Of a stretch of DNA of 64,000 nt, positions 31,890 through 41,368 are shown one piece after another. Both the position numbers and the translations under genes were made by a program. The DNA comes from an uncultured Arcobacteraceae bacterium (GTDB lineage Bacteria; Campylobacterota; Campylobacteria; Campylobacterales; Arcobacteraceae). The DNA lies in the NCBI GenBank assembly GCA_964022095.1, contig CAXHZO010000013.1:1-64000 (forward strand), given 5' to 3'. The first letter of the stretch is position 1. Every line of letters begins with the position of its first letter. The notes beneath the pieces were generated by a model. It was not told the origin of the DNA and did not search any database. It saw only the letters and a list, made by a program, of their open reading frames with translations.

Positions 31890-32750
31890 TTAGTTTTTTT
31901 TCTTTGTAAAATATATAAATACTGTAAGTGATATCAAAATAACTGCAATACCTGCTATTAAATAAAAGGCATGGATCATGTGATCATAATTGTCAATGGC
32001 TATCTTAAATACGACTATAAGTGCTTCTATTGATAAGGCAATAATAATAGTAATCAAAAACTTTGTAAGCATCTTTGTTTCTACGTTTGAATTCTTTGAA
32101 TATGATTTAAAGAAAACTTCTTGTTCTAGGATTGTTTTTGCCAAATCAAATATTGCAATACCTAGGGTTAGAGCAATAATAGGTTTAAAAATCATTTCTA
32201 AACTTAAATCTATGTTTGCAAAAAGATAAGTTAAAAAGTCATAAAGAGAGAATATAATTGTAAAAAATGATAAAGCCATAAGTGTAAAACCAGCAACTAC
32301 ATAAAAACCTTTTGTAAGGCCATGAAATGATTTGTTTAATTCAAGTAAACTAAGTTTTTCTAATAAGATTTCGATTCTAAAATCTAGAAAATATATCTTA
32401 TCACCTTCTTTAACAGATACTGTTACACAACTACTTCTTGTTGCACTACTAATATATGGCTTTGAAAATGCAATATTATTTTCAGTAAAATGTAGTTTAG
32501 TAATAAGATGAGATCTGTTTTTACCATTTCCAATAGAATCATTTTTATATCTTCCAATATTATCAGAAACTTGTTGTTTTGTATTTTTATCAATTACATA
32601 TACTAATTCTAAAGAAGGAAATAGATTATAAAGGTGCTTGAAATCATTATTTTCATATAGTGATAGATCACCAAGGTTTCGAATACTTTCTTGTAAAAAG
32701 TACTCTATATCTTCTTGGTTCTGATTGTAGGTTTCTAAAAACTCTTTCAT
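31890..32750 (-). CDS. PDC/Cache-like N-terminal domain fused to 4-TM PsiE-like membrane domain
   Basis: SKPYISSAT...CVTVS Cache-like motif, then four hydrophobic helices (AIFDLAKTI, ALSIEALIVVFK). Confidence 0.6.
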   Translation of the reverse strand: MKEFLETYNQNQEDIEYFLQESIRNLGDLSLYENNDFKHLYNLFPSLELVYVIDKNTKQQVSDNIGRYKNDSIGNGKNRSHLITKLHFTENNIAFSKPYISSATRSSCVTVSVKEGDKIYFLDFRIEILLEKLSLLELNKSFHGLTKGFYVVAGFTLMALSFFTIIFSLYDFLTYLFANIDLSLEMIFKPIIALTLGIAIFDLAKTILEQEVFFKSYSKNSNVETKMLTKFLITIIIALSIEALIVVFKIAIDNYDHMIHAFYLIAGIAVILISLTVFIYFTKKKN

Positions 32751-32759
32751 AAATATCCT

Positions 32760-32803
32760 GTATATTTTTTATCTAATTATACTCTAATAGATAAAAAATA
32801 TAC
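32760..32803. terminator. 16-bp inverted repeat downstream of kinase B
   Basis: GTATATTTTTTATCTA-N12-TAGATAAAAAATATAC. Confidence 0.55.
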
Positions 32804-32819
32804 TGCGATGGACTGGATA

Positions 32820-34523
32820 TTAATTAGACATTTTGAATCTATAAGTGAAAACGTTTTGATTTTTAATGTAATCAACTTTGTATAAAATATTGTATTTATC
32901 ACATATTGAACTTATCATTGATAAACCTAATCCTAAACTTTTTTTGCCATTATCATTTTCTCTGAAGTTTCTTTGAAATATTTTATTGGTATCTTTAATT
33001 TTATTTCCATGTGAGTAAAAACTTAAAACTATATTTGAATTTTCTTCATAAAGTTTAATAGTTATTTGTGATAAATTTTGACTGTGTTTGATTGCATTTG
33101 AAATATTATTATCTATTAGTCTTTCAAGTTCTATAATATTAATATCAATCCAAAGGTTTTCCTCAATATCAGTTTTTATAGTTTTAGCTCTTGTTTTCAA
33201 AATATTTTCAAAAAAATCTATTCTTTCATTTGTAAACTTACTAATATTTAGTTTTTGTTTCTCATATGATATTTTTTTATTATCAATAATATAGCTTAAG
33301 TCATCATATGAACTTTTTAACATATTAATTGCAGAGTTAATTTGTTTTATATATTTATTTAACTCATAAGGTATATTTTTTTCAATAAATACGACATTAT
33401 TCATAATAATAGATAATGGAGTTTTCATTTGATCTGTAATAGCAATTATAAAATCTTTATTTTCTTTAAGTAGGTTTTGGTTTTTTGTTGTTGTATCTTC
33501 AAGCATTATTAAAGCTTCATAATATTTTTTTGTAAAATAGAATATGATCAATAAGAAAATAGTATGAAATATCAAGAAAACATAGAAATAAAAATCTATT
33601 TTTTTATCTAACTCTTTTTTATATGCCATATCAATATTTAATTTTAAAACAAAATCTCCCATTAGCTCTAGATATTCATTTGATTTTTTTATTAAAGGGG
33701 TATAAATTATTAAAGAATTGTTCTCTTTTTTTCTCAATTCTTTTTGTAGTCTATTTGAAAGTATTATAAAATCATTAGTTGTTTCATCTTTAGGGTACAT
33801 TTTTTTAGATGAAATATACTCTTCTTTTGTTTTTGAAAATTTTTTTTCTAAAATATTATCATAGTATTCATCTCCATTTAGTTTTCTTTCAATTCTATAT
33901 AAGTTACTTTTTTTATTTGTTACAAGATGTACTTTTTTAATAGTATCTCTAAGAATTTTGTTTATTTGTTTATTTATAAAGCCCATTTCAAAATATAATT
34001 CATCATTTATTTTTGAATAGGAATAACTTTTAATTTCAGAGTTGATTATGTCAATAGATACACTTTGTGATTGATAAATATTTCCATCATGTGTCTTATC
34101 TAACTCAAGTCTAGCATCAACTATTAGACCAAGTTTAAATCCTATATCAGGTTCATAGGTTGATTCAGTTATTGTGTAATCTTTATTTAATAAAAAAAGA
34201 TGTACATCTTTATTCTTTAAATCATAGTTAGAATAAATTTCATTTCTTAGTTTTTTAATATCAAGCTTTGGGTTTTTTCTTAGTTTTTTTGTATAGTATT
34301 TATGAATCTCCTTGAAGATTTTTCTATCAGCTTCAATTGCATCTCTAATTGTCTTAAATGTATTTATGATAATTTCTTTATTTCTAGAGATAGATTTTTC
34401 TATATAAGCATTTACTTTTTTATCCTGAGACTCTTTATATTCATAATAAACAGCATAGGTAAAATATATTGAAATAATAGTAATAAAGATATTTAAAAAT
34501 ATAAATTTGTATTTATTTCTCAT
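32820..34523 (-). CDS. Sensor histidine kinase paralog B lacking the phospho-His (H to D)
   Basis: H-box reads AITDQMKTPL; N-box NNISNAIKH, F-box KIFQRNFRE and G2 SLGLGL retained. Confidence 0.85.
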   Translation of the reverse strand: MRNKYKFIFLNIFITIISIYFTYAVYYEYKESQDKKVNAYIEKSISRNKEIIINTFKTIRDAIEADRKIFKEIHKYYTKKLRKNPKLDIKKLRNEIYSNYDLKNKDVHLFLLNKDYTITESTYEPDIGFKLGLIVDARLELDKTHDGNIYQSQSVSIDIINSEIKSYSYSKINDELYFEMGFINKQINKILRDTIKKVHLVTNKKSNLYRIERKLNGDEYYDNILEKKFSKTKEEYISSKKMYPKDETTNDFIILSNRLQKELRKKENNSLIIYTPLIKKSNEYLELMGDFVLKLNIDMAYKKELDKKIDFYFYVFLIFHTIFLLIIFYFTKKYYEALIMLEDTTTKNQNLLKENKDFIIAITDQMKTPLSIIMNNVVFIEKNIPYELNKYIKQINSAINMLKSSYDDLSYIIDNKKISYEKQKLNISKFTNERIDFFENILKTRAKTIKTDIEENLWIDINIIELERLIDNNISNAIKHSQNLSQITIKLYEENSNIVLSFYSHGNKIKDTNKIFQRNFRENDNGKKSLGLGLSMISSICDKYNILYKVDYIKNQNVFTYRFKMSN

Positions 34524-34524
34524 T

Positions 34525-35184
34525 TTATTTTTCTATTATATATCCTTGTTTGATCTTTGTTTTTATTATATTATAAGGTAATTTTTTTCTAATATCTGCT
34601 AGAAGCTGTCTTAATGGAAAAGAATCTTTATCCTCTCCTTCCCAGACGTAGTCATAAATTATTTCAACAGGTACAATCTTATTTACATTTTGTAAAAGTA
34701 CTTCAATTAATCTTCTTTCTTTGTTTCTTAATTCTATTTCCTTCTCTTTGAAAAAAAAGCTTTTAGTATTAAAATCATAATAGAAATCTGAATTGAATTG
34801 AATATTAGAGATATTATGATTTAAAAGTTTATTCACTCTTACTTCTAATTCTTTTATATGAAATGGTTTTTTAATATATTCACTACAACCATATTCAAAA
34901 GCTTTTATAAAGTTTTCTATTTCTAAAGATGCTGTAATAATTATAATAGGTGTAGTCGAGTCTTTTTCTCTAATATATTTTAGTATATCAATACCATTTA
35001 ACGAAGGTAAATTAATATCAATTACATAAAGATTAATATCTCTATTTGTGATTTTATCAATTTCATCAATTGCTTCAATCCCATCATGAATACTTGTAGT
35101 GTTGTAAGCTTTCATTTTAAAATATTCTGTAATAACAAAATTTAATTGAATATCGTCTTCTATAACTAGTACATTAAAATCCAT
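34525..35184 (-). CDS. OmpR-family response regulator
   Basis: IEDD, IDINLP, ITAS, KKPF, winged-helix C-terminus QGYII. Confidence 0.9.
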   Translation of the reverse strand: MDFNVLVIEDDIQLNFVITEYFKMKAYNTTSIHDGIEAIDEIDKITNRDINLYVIDINLPSLNGIDILKYIREKDSTTPIIIITASLEIENFIKAFEYGCSEYIKKPFHIKELEVRVNKLLNHNISNIQFNSDFYYDFNTKSFFFKEKEIELRNKERRLIEVLLQNVNKIVPVEIIYDYVWEGEDKDSFPLRQLLADIRKKLPYNIIKTKIKQGYIIEK

Positions 35185-35234
35185 ACTAATAATCCTTTAT
35201 ATAAAAATTGTATCTAAAAGAGGTAATATTCATG

Positions 35235-36938
35235 TCATTCCCAAGTGTATTTAAATAAGAAACTATCATCTTTTTTTTCACATTTATATATAATTTTATT
35301 TTTTTCACATATTTTTTTGATTACATAAATTCCTAAACTAATACTAGATGTATCTTTTATAAGTATTTTTTCACTTTTTTCAAATAAATTATTAATGCTT
35401 ATATTTTTTGAATATGCTTTAAAAACTAAATTATAAGTTTCATTTTCCTTATAGAAACTAATAATTATATTTGTTTTTATATCTCCATATTTTAAGGTAT
35501 TAGAAATATTATTATCTATTAGTCTTTCTAATTCTATATCATTAAAAACTATTTCATAATTCTCTTTTATATTTAGTAAGATATTTTTTTTATTTGCTTG
35601 GGCAATCTCATCAAAGAATATAACTCTTTCTTTGATAAAATTAGATACATCTATTGTTCTTTTTGAATACTTTAAATTTTTATATGAAATATAGTAAGAA
35701 AGATTTTCATATGAGTTTGATAAGGAATTAATTGCTGCATTTACTTGGCTTGTATATTTAGAAATATCTGTTTTAAATAATGTTTCCATAAAAGAAATAT
35801 TCGTAATGACAATTGACAATGGTGTTCTAATTTGATGAACCATGTTTGAAATAAAGTTTTTATTATAATTAACTAATTCTTTGTGTTTATTATTCTCTTT
35901 TTGAAGTTTTTCTTGAATTGATTGATATTTTTTTGTAAAGTAAAAAATAATAAAAAGTAAAATAAAGTGAATAAATATAAATAGAATAAGTTTAAATATA
36001 ATTGTTTGATAAAACTCTTTTTCTTGTGAAATATCTAAATCTACTTGAAGTATTATATCTCCAGGAATTCCCATGATAGGATTATTCTCTTTTAATAAAG
36101 GAATAAAAAATCTTAAAGTTTTATCATCTTTTACAGATTGTTGTTCCCATATTCTTGATGTTTTTATAATTGGATTATTTGTGATTTCATCTTGTCCATA
36201 TTTTTTTATATTTAAGTTGTAATCTTCATTTGTTTTGTAAGGTTTTTTATGGGCAAGCAAACTTTCATAAAAAAGATTATTATTACTATCTTTCATCACA
36301 CAAAATAAATCAATATGTGTGTTTGCAACTTTTCTCATTTCATCAAAATCTTTTCTATGATCTAAAGCTTCTTTATAAATTACTCCAAGTCCTAAGTAAA
36401 GCTCTTCATCTAATTTTGAATAAGAGTAATTTTTAAGTTCATAGTCTAAGAAGTCTACAGATACATCATTTGATTGTTTATATTGATCAATATATGATAA
36501 AGAGTCTAAACTCTCTTTTGATTTTTTATTAAAACTTAGATTTCTATTTAAGTTTTTTGCTTCTGTTGAGTCTATAACTCTATAATAATACTTATCTACT
36601 AAGAAAACTTCTATATCTACTTTTTTATTTTCTAATTGAAACTCTTTTTTTATATTATTTCTTAACTCTTGCAAATTAGCTTTAGGATTTTCTTTTAAGT
36701 GATTGTGTAAAGATAGATGTATTTCTTGAGTTAACTCTTTTTTATTTTCTAGTAATTGATTTATACCAACTAAGCTTTTTTGCATATGTGCTTGATTTAA
36801 GTTTAAGATTCTTGTTAGTTGTTTTTCTATTTCATATTTTTGGCTTAAAACATATGAGTCATAAACCATATATATAAAAAATAATGTAATAGAACTAATA
36901 GCAATATGAAGAATAGAGATTTTAAATTTTAAACTCAA
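35235..36938 (-). CDS. Sensor histidine kinase paralog A with intact His but degenerate ATP-binding boxes
   Basis: H-box MVHQIRTPL; G1 region KAYSKNI and G2 SSISLGI; TTG start. Confidence 0.85.
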   Translation of the reverse strand: MSLKFKISILHIAISSITLFFIYMVYDSYVLSQKYEIEKQLTRILNLNQAHMQKSLVGINQLLENKKELTQEIHLSLHNHLKENPKANLQELRNNIKKEFQLENKKVDIEVFLVDKYYYRVIDSTEAKNLNRNLSFNKKSKESLDSLSYIDQYKQSNDVSVDFLDYELKNYSYSKLDEELYLGLGVIYKEALDHRKDFDEMRKVANTHIDLFCVMKDSNNNLFYESLLAHKKPYKTNEDYNLNIKKYGQDEITNNPIIKTSRIWEQQSVKDDKTLRFFIPLLKENNPIMGIPGDIILQVDLDISQEKEFYQTIIFKLILFIFIHFILLFIIFYFTKKYQSIQEKLQKENNKHKELVNYNKNFISNMVHQIRTPLSIVITNISFMETLFKTDISKYTSQVNAAINSLSNSYENLSYYISYKNLKYSKRTIDVSNFIKERVIFFDEIAQANKKNILLNIKENYEIVFNDIELERLIDNNISNTLKYGDIKTNIIISFYKENETYNLVFKAYSKNISINNLFEKSEKILIKDTSSISLGIYVIKKICEKNKIIYKCEKKDDSFLFKYTWE

Positions 36939-36971
36939 AAATAATCCAATTTTGTTTTTTTATATTAAATC

Positions 36972-36994
36972 AAAGAGAAGATTAACTTCTCTTT
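36972..36994. terminator. Hairpin downstream of secreted protein gene
   Basis: AAAGAGAAG-attaa-CTTCTCTTT. Confidence 0.6.
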
Positions 36995-36996
36995 AA

Positions 36997-37848
36997 TTAA
37001 AAACTAAATGCTTTCTTCAAAGAATCACCAACAGCTTTTATCTCTTCGATTTTATCCATAGGATTTGAAGAACTACCATTGTTTTGAGTTGTATTTTCCA
37101 TAGCTTCTTTTGGAGATGGAACTGAACCTATTGAAGTTGCTTGACCAGAACTTGATTTAAAAGTTATTGTTTTCCCATCAATTTTCTTTAAAGGAGCATT
37201 ATAACTATATTCCATAGGAATTAAAACTTTATATAAAGCTTCACCTTTTTGATTTGTTAATGCACATAAAGCTGTGTCTCCAACTTTACCTTCTTTAAAG
37301 AATCTTGGCTCTCTAATATATCCTGCACAAACTGATTCCATTTCCCATTTGTTTTTCTTTAACATTGAAGTAAAATCATTACCTCTTTTACTATTTGAGT
37401 CATTTGAACATTTTGAAATTCCATTTTCATTTGGACATCTCATTTTTATCATTCTCTCTGCAACTTTGTTTTTATATGCAATTTCTCCTGTTGGAACAGT
37501 TTGACCTGTTCTTAAATTCACACAAGAAAATTCTGGATTACTAGTCCCAAACTTTTTTTCCCAGTTTTCATCTAAAAACATTGTTAAACACTGATGTTGA
37601 GTAAGTTTAACTTCACAAGAGTTTTTACCCTTTGGAGTTAATTTTTTTGTATCAAAATAACCTGTACTTTTAGTGATTTGATTTAATCCCTTTTTCCACT
37701 CGTAATCACCTTTTGAGCCTATATACATTTTTTTATAATCTTTAGCATCCATTGCACAAGGAACAGATGCTGGGTCAAATGCATTTGCATAAGCCGTAGA
37801 ACTAAATAATAGACCAAATGTTAGTAGCGTTTTTAAATACTTTTTCAT
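36997..37848 (-). CDS. Secreted Cys-rich hypothetical protein
   Basis: Sec signal MKKYLKTLLTFGLLFSSTAYA; 8 Cys; AAGGA RBS. Confidence 0.75.
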   Translation of the reverse strand: MKKYLKTLLTFGLLFSSTAYANAFDPASVPCAMDAKDYKKMYIGSKGDYEWKKGLNQITKSTGYFDTKKLTPKGKNSCEVKLTQHQCLTMFLDENWEKKFGTSNPEFSCVNLRTGQTVPTGEIAYKNKVAERMIKMRCPNENGISKCSNDSNSKRGNDFTSMLKKNKWEMESVCAGYIREPRFFKEGKVGDTALCALTNQKGEALYKVLIPMEYSYNAPLKKIDGKTITFKSSSGQATSIGSVPSPKEAMENTTQNNGSSSNPMDKIEEIKAVGDSLKKAFSF

Positions 37849-37869
37849 GTTTTTTTCCTTTTGTGTTTT

Positions 37870-37892
37870 AAAGAGAAGGTGAACTTCTCTTT
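37870..37892. terminator. Hairpin downstream of bspA-like gene
   Basis: AAAGAGAAG-gtgaa-CTTCTCTTT. Confidence 0.6.
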
Positions 37893-37901
37893 GCTGTTTA
37901 T

Positions 37902-40900
37902 TTAATAAACTATGTTAAGTGTTTGATCTTGAGTATCTGTAGCACCAGAGCTATCTGTAATTGTAAGTCTTATCGTTCTTGTACCACCTGGTAATCCTAC
38001 ACAAGAGTATGTCTCGCTAACTGTTGTTCCACCATCAATAAAATTATTACTATTACCTGCTGTTACATCAGTCCATGCATATGATGCAATATTTCCAGTA
38101 GATGAACTTCCAGTAAAGGTAATAAACTCAGAACCTACTCTTTGACTTGGAGAACAAAATGGTGTACCACTTTGTCCCTGAGCCGTAATAACTGCGTTTA
38201 ATGGAGTACTTGAAACAGGTCCAACTAAAAATGAATCTTGATTTGCTTGACTCATACCTGAGTTTGTAAATATATCACTTACAGTTAAACTTGCATTTTT
38301 TCTAGGATATAAAGCTGATAAATCTTGATTAAATGCACTTGCATCTTCAAACATATTATTCATATTTGTCACATTTTGAATTTGCCAAGTACTAATATCT
38401 TGATTAAATGCGGCAGATTTTAAGAACATACCTCTCATTGATGTAACATTTGATACATCCCAAGAACTGATATCTTGATTAAATGTATGTGAAGCAGGAC
38501 TACTTGCAAACATGAACTCCATATTTGTTACACTGCTTGTATCCCATCCACTTATATCTTGGTTAAACAATCTAGCTCCATTGAACATACCATACATTGA
38601 AGTTACACTACTTGTATCCCAAGAACCTATATTTTGATTAAAATTACTTGCACCACTGAACATATTATACATAGAAGTTACTGCACTCGTGTTCCAAGAA
38701 CTGATGTCTTTATTAAATGCAGATGCTCTGTAAAACATCTCTCTCATATCAGTTACACTACTTGTATCCCAAGAACCAATGTTTTGATTAAAGGCACTGT
38801 TTTGGAAAAACATAGCATACATAGTAGTTACAGAACTTGTATCCCATGAAGATATATCTTGATTAAAGCCAGTGTTTCTAAACATAACACGCATATCTTT
38901 AACATTACTTGTATTCCATGTAGAAATATCCGCATTAAACGCTCCTGCACTATTAAACATATAACTCATATTAGTCACATTACTTACATCCCATGAAGAA
39001 ATATCTGCATTAAAACTACTTGCACCATTAAACATATTAGACATCGAAGTAACATTTGATAAATCAGGAACTCCTGCACTTGAAGCAATAGTTGTTAAAT
39101 TACTTGCATTATTAAACATATTTGACATTTCTGTCCACTGATTATTACCCCAATTTACAATTTGTGTAATTTTTTTTGGATCTCCACTATTAAAAGCTAA
39201 ACCACCATATGTTCCACTTACTCTTACATCATATACTCCATCATTTGTATATGTACAAGTATAATTAGCAACACCTGTAGCTTCATTTGTTCCATCATTA
39301 TCACAATCTACATTTAAACTAACATTTGATGTTGTAGCTGTAACTCCAAAGTCATTTGTTCCATTGTTACCATTTGCTTCTGTATCAATTTTTAAGATGA
39401 AGTCATTTGATGTTGTGTTCCCACCAGTTGAAGCAGCACTTATAGTAATAGTTACAGTTTGAGAAGTTGATATAGGAGTTCCTGTTCCTCTATCTTCATA
39501 CTGTACAATTCTTAAATCATAAGTTCCAGCTGGTAATGCTGCTGGTGTATTTGTTCTTTGGTCTGCTGTTGTAAAATCAATAGTAGTTTGTGTACTTATA
39601 GGAATATTTCCTGAACTTTGATTATATATAGTTCCAAGCGAACCAGTTGGAGATAAAAACCACTCATAAGATAAAGTATCTCCATCACTATCAGTTGAAC
39701 CTGATAAATCAATAATATATGATGAAGCAGCGTTTTCAACTGCACTTGCAGATGTACCATTTGCTAAGTTCCAAACTGCAGCTTGATTTGATGAAGCAGC
39801 AGCATTAACTGTAACAATTACATCATCAGTAGAAGTAGCACCGTCATCATCAGTTACAGTTAAAGTGATATTATGAGTTCCCACAGAGAAATCAGATTTG
39901 CTAAATGATGAGTTTGTAGAAAGTACAGTAGAACCCTCAGCCCAAGAATAAGAAGAGATTGTACCATCACTATCAGATGAAGCAGAAGCATCTAAAGTTA
40001 CACTAGTACCTTGAGTTACAGTTTGATCCGCACCAGCATTAGCAACAGGAGCTAAATTAGCTGCAGCTTCAGTAGAGAAAGTAATAACCTTGTCAGTAGT
40101 ACCACCTAAATCAATGTCAGTTCCTGCATAGTTTTTAATTGTATTTTTGATAGTTAAAGTATAGTTTTCATTATTATCTAAATCGGCATTTGGAGTAATA
40201 GTTACTACATCTCCATCTCTAGTAATTATAATATCAACATTTGCACCTGTATTATCATTTGTTAGAATAAAATAATCATTTGTTAAATATCTTCTTGGTA
40301 TTTGGTCATTAAATGTAAGTTCAAAATCTACATCGATATCAACATTAGTATCCCCATTGTTAATTGTAGAAGAAGATAAACTTAATATAGTTGAAGTTGT
40401 TATTTCCCCTTGCGCTTCTAAAATATTTTCAATATGGTTTTGTGCTTGAGTTGCATCTACTATATCTTGTGAATTAAAACCTGCATTTACTAAAATAGTA
40501 TCAACAACAGTTCCATTATCTAATAAATTTGTTTCAGTATCATTTGGATCTTCAAATAAATCAAAATTAGTTTGATTTATTTCAATTGCATCAGTTGATG
40601 GGTCAGAATCTAGTGATTGTAAAAACCTACCTAATTTAATCACATCTGTATTTGTAGTATCTGTTCTAGGAACACCTATTATATCTTGTAAAAATATTTT
40701 CCCATCAACTGGAACAGCATTAACTGTTCCTAGTTTTACATCTCCTACAAAAAACTCAACACTTCCATCTGTATATGGAAATTTACCATTTGCATCAGTA
40801 TAAGAATCAGCAGAACCATTAGAGTATACTACTTTAACTCCTGATACAAAATCATCGATTAATGTTGCAGTTGAAGACGAGCCACTAGAACTACCTCCAC

Positions 40901-40958
40901 AACCAATAAGCATCCCAGCTACAACAATTGAAAAACTCATTTGTTTAAATTTGTTCAT
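37902..40958 (-). CDS. BspA-type/DUF285 repeat surface lipoprotein with Ig-like and PKD domains
   Basis: Lipobox LIGC followed by a Ser/Gly linker; [13 protein letters not shown]; ~10 [20 protein letters not shown] repeats. Confidence 0.88.
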   Translation of the reverse strand: MNKFKQMSFSIVVAGMLIGCGGSSSGSSSTATLIDDFVSGVKVVYSNGSADSYTDANGKFPYTDGSVEFFVGDVKLGTVNAVPVDGKIFLQDIIGVPRTDTTNTDVIKLGRFLQSLDSDPSTDAIEINQTNFDLFEDPNDTETNLLDNGTVVDTILVNAGFNSQDIVDATQAQNHIENILEAQGEITTSTILSLSSSTINNGDTNVDIDVDFELTFNDQIPRRYLTNDYFILTNDNTGANVDIIITRDGDVVTITPNADLDNNENYTLTIKNTIKNYAGTDIDLGGTTDKVITFSTEAAANLAPVANAGADQTVTQGTSVTLDASASSDSDGTISSYSWAEGSTVLSTNSSFSKSDFSVGTHNITLTVTDDDGATSTDDVIVTVNAAASSNQAAVWNLANGTSASAVENAASSYIIDLSGSTDSDGDTLSYEWFLSPTGSLGTIYNQSSGNIPISTQTTIDFTTADQRTNTPAALPAGTYDLRIVQYEDRGTGTPISTSQTVTITISAASTGGNTTSNDFILKIDTEANGNNGTNDFGVTATTSNVSLNVDCDNDGTNEATGVANYTCTYTNDGVYDVRVSGTYGGLAFNSGDPKKITQIVNWGNNQWTEMSNMFNNASNLTTIASSAGVPDLSNVTSMSNMFNGASSFNADISSWDVSNVTNMSYMFNSAGAFNADISTWNTSNVKDMRVMFRNTGFNQDISSWDTSSVTTMYAMFFQNSAFNQNIGSWDTSSVTDMREMFYRASAFNKDISSWNTSAVTSMYNMFSGASNFNQNIGSWDTSSVTSMYGMFNGARLFNQDISGWDTSSVTNMEFMFASSPASHTFNQDISSWDVSNVTSMRGMFLKSAAFNQDISTWQIQNVTNMNNMFEDASAFNQDLSALYPRKNASLTVSDIFTNSGMSQANQDSFLVGPVSSTPLNAVITAQGQSGTPFCSPSQRVGSEFITFTGSSSTGNIASYAWTDVTAGNSNNFIDGGTTVSETYSCVGLPGGTRTIRLTITDSSGATDTQDQTLNIVY
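38310..39130 (-). repeat. ~75-nt (25-aa) DUF285 repeats
   Basis: Recurrent AGTTACACTACTTGTATCCCAAGAACC at ~38601 and ~38751. Confidence 0.85.
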
Positions 40959-41001
40959 AATATTTCCTTTTTTTAGTCAATAGGAAATGATATTAATTAA
41001 A

Positions 41002-41029
41002 TGTAACCTTTGTGTAACGAAGGTGTAAT
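41002..41029 (-). promoter_or_regulatory. Triple 11-bp-period OmpR-type direct repeat upstream of bspA-like gene
   Basis: TGTAAC at 41002 and 41013, TGTAAT at 41024 (RTTACA-N5 repeats on the minus strand). Confidence 0.7.
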
Positions 41030-41056
41030 ATTTATATAAGTTTTTTATTTATTTGT

Positions 41057-41365
41057 CTAAAAATTTAAATAAACTATTCCATCCTCAATTTTTGTCTCAT
41101 AGGTTTTTGTACAGCCATAATCTTCACCTATAGATTCGCCCGTTTTTAAATCAATATCTGTGTTATGAAGTGGACAAGTAATTACATGTTCGTGAACTAG
41201 ACCTTCACTTAATTTCCCTTGTTTGTGAGGGCATAGATTATTTACTGCGAATATTTGGCCATCTCTTGTTTTAAAAATAGCTATTTCTGTATTGGCTACT
41301 TCAATTTTTCTTGAACCCATTTGAGGAATATCTTCTACTTCTGTGATTTTATACCATGTTGCCAT
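41057..41365 (-). CDS. nirD: Nitrite reductase small (Rieske) subunit
   Basis: CPHKQG...CPLH; directly downstream of nirB. Confidence 0.92.
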   Translation of the reverse strand: MATWYKITEVEDIPQMGSRKIEVANTEIAIFKTRDGQIFAVNNLCPHKQGKLSEGLVHEHVITCPLHNTDIDLKTGESIGEDYGCTKTYETKIEDGIVYLNF

Positions 41366-41368
41366 TTT

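Noticed and set aside
32759-32775. Possible extra nitrogen palindrome TGTATATTTTTTATCTA
   Set aside because: The right arm is a poor match and the sequence is one arm of a 16-bp inverted repeat
32820-36938. Calling the two degenerate kinases pseudogenes
   Set aside because: Both ORFs are full length, uninterrupted, equal in size and complementary in their losses
38310-39130. CRISPR-like periodic DNA repeats
   Set aside because: They are in-frame 25-aa coding repeats, with no unique spacers and no cas genes
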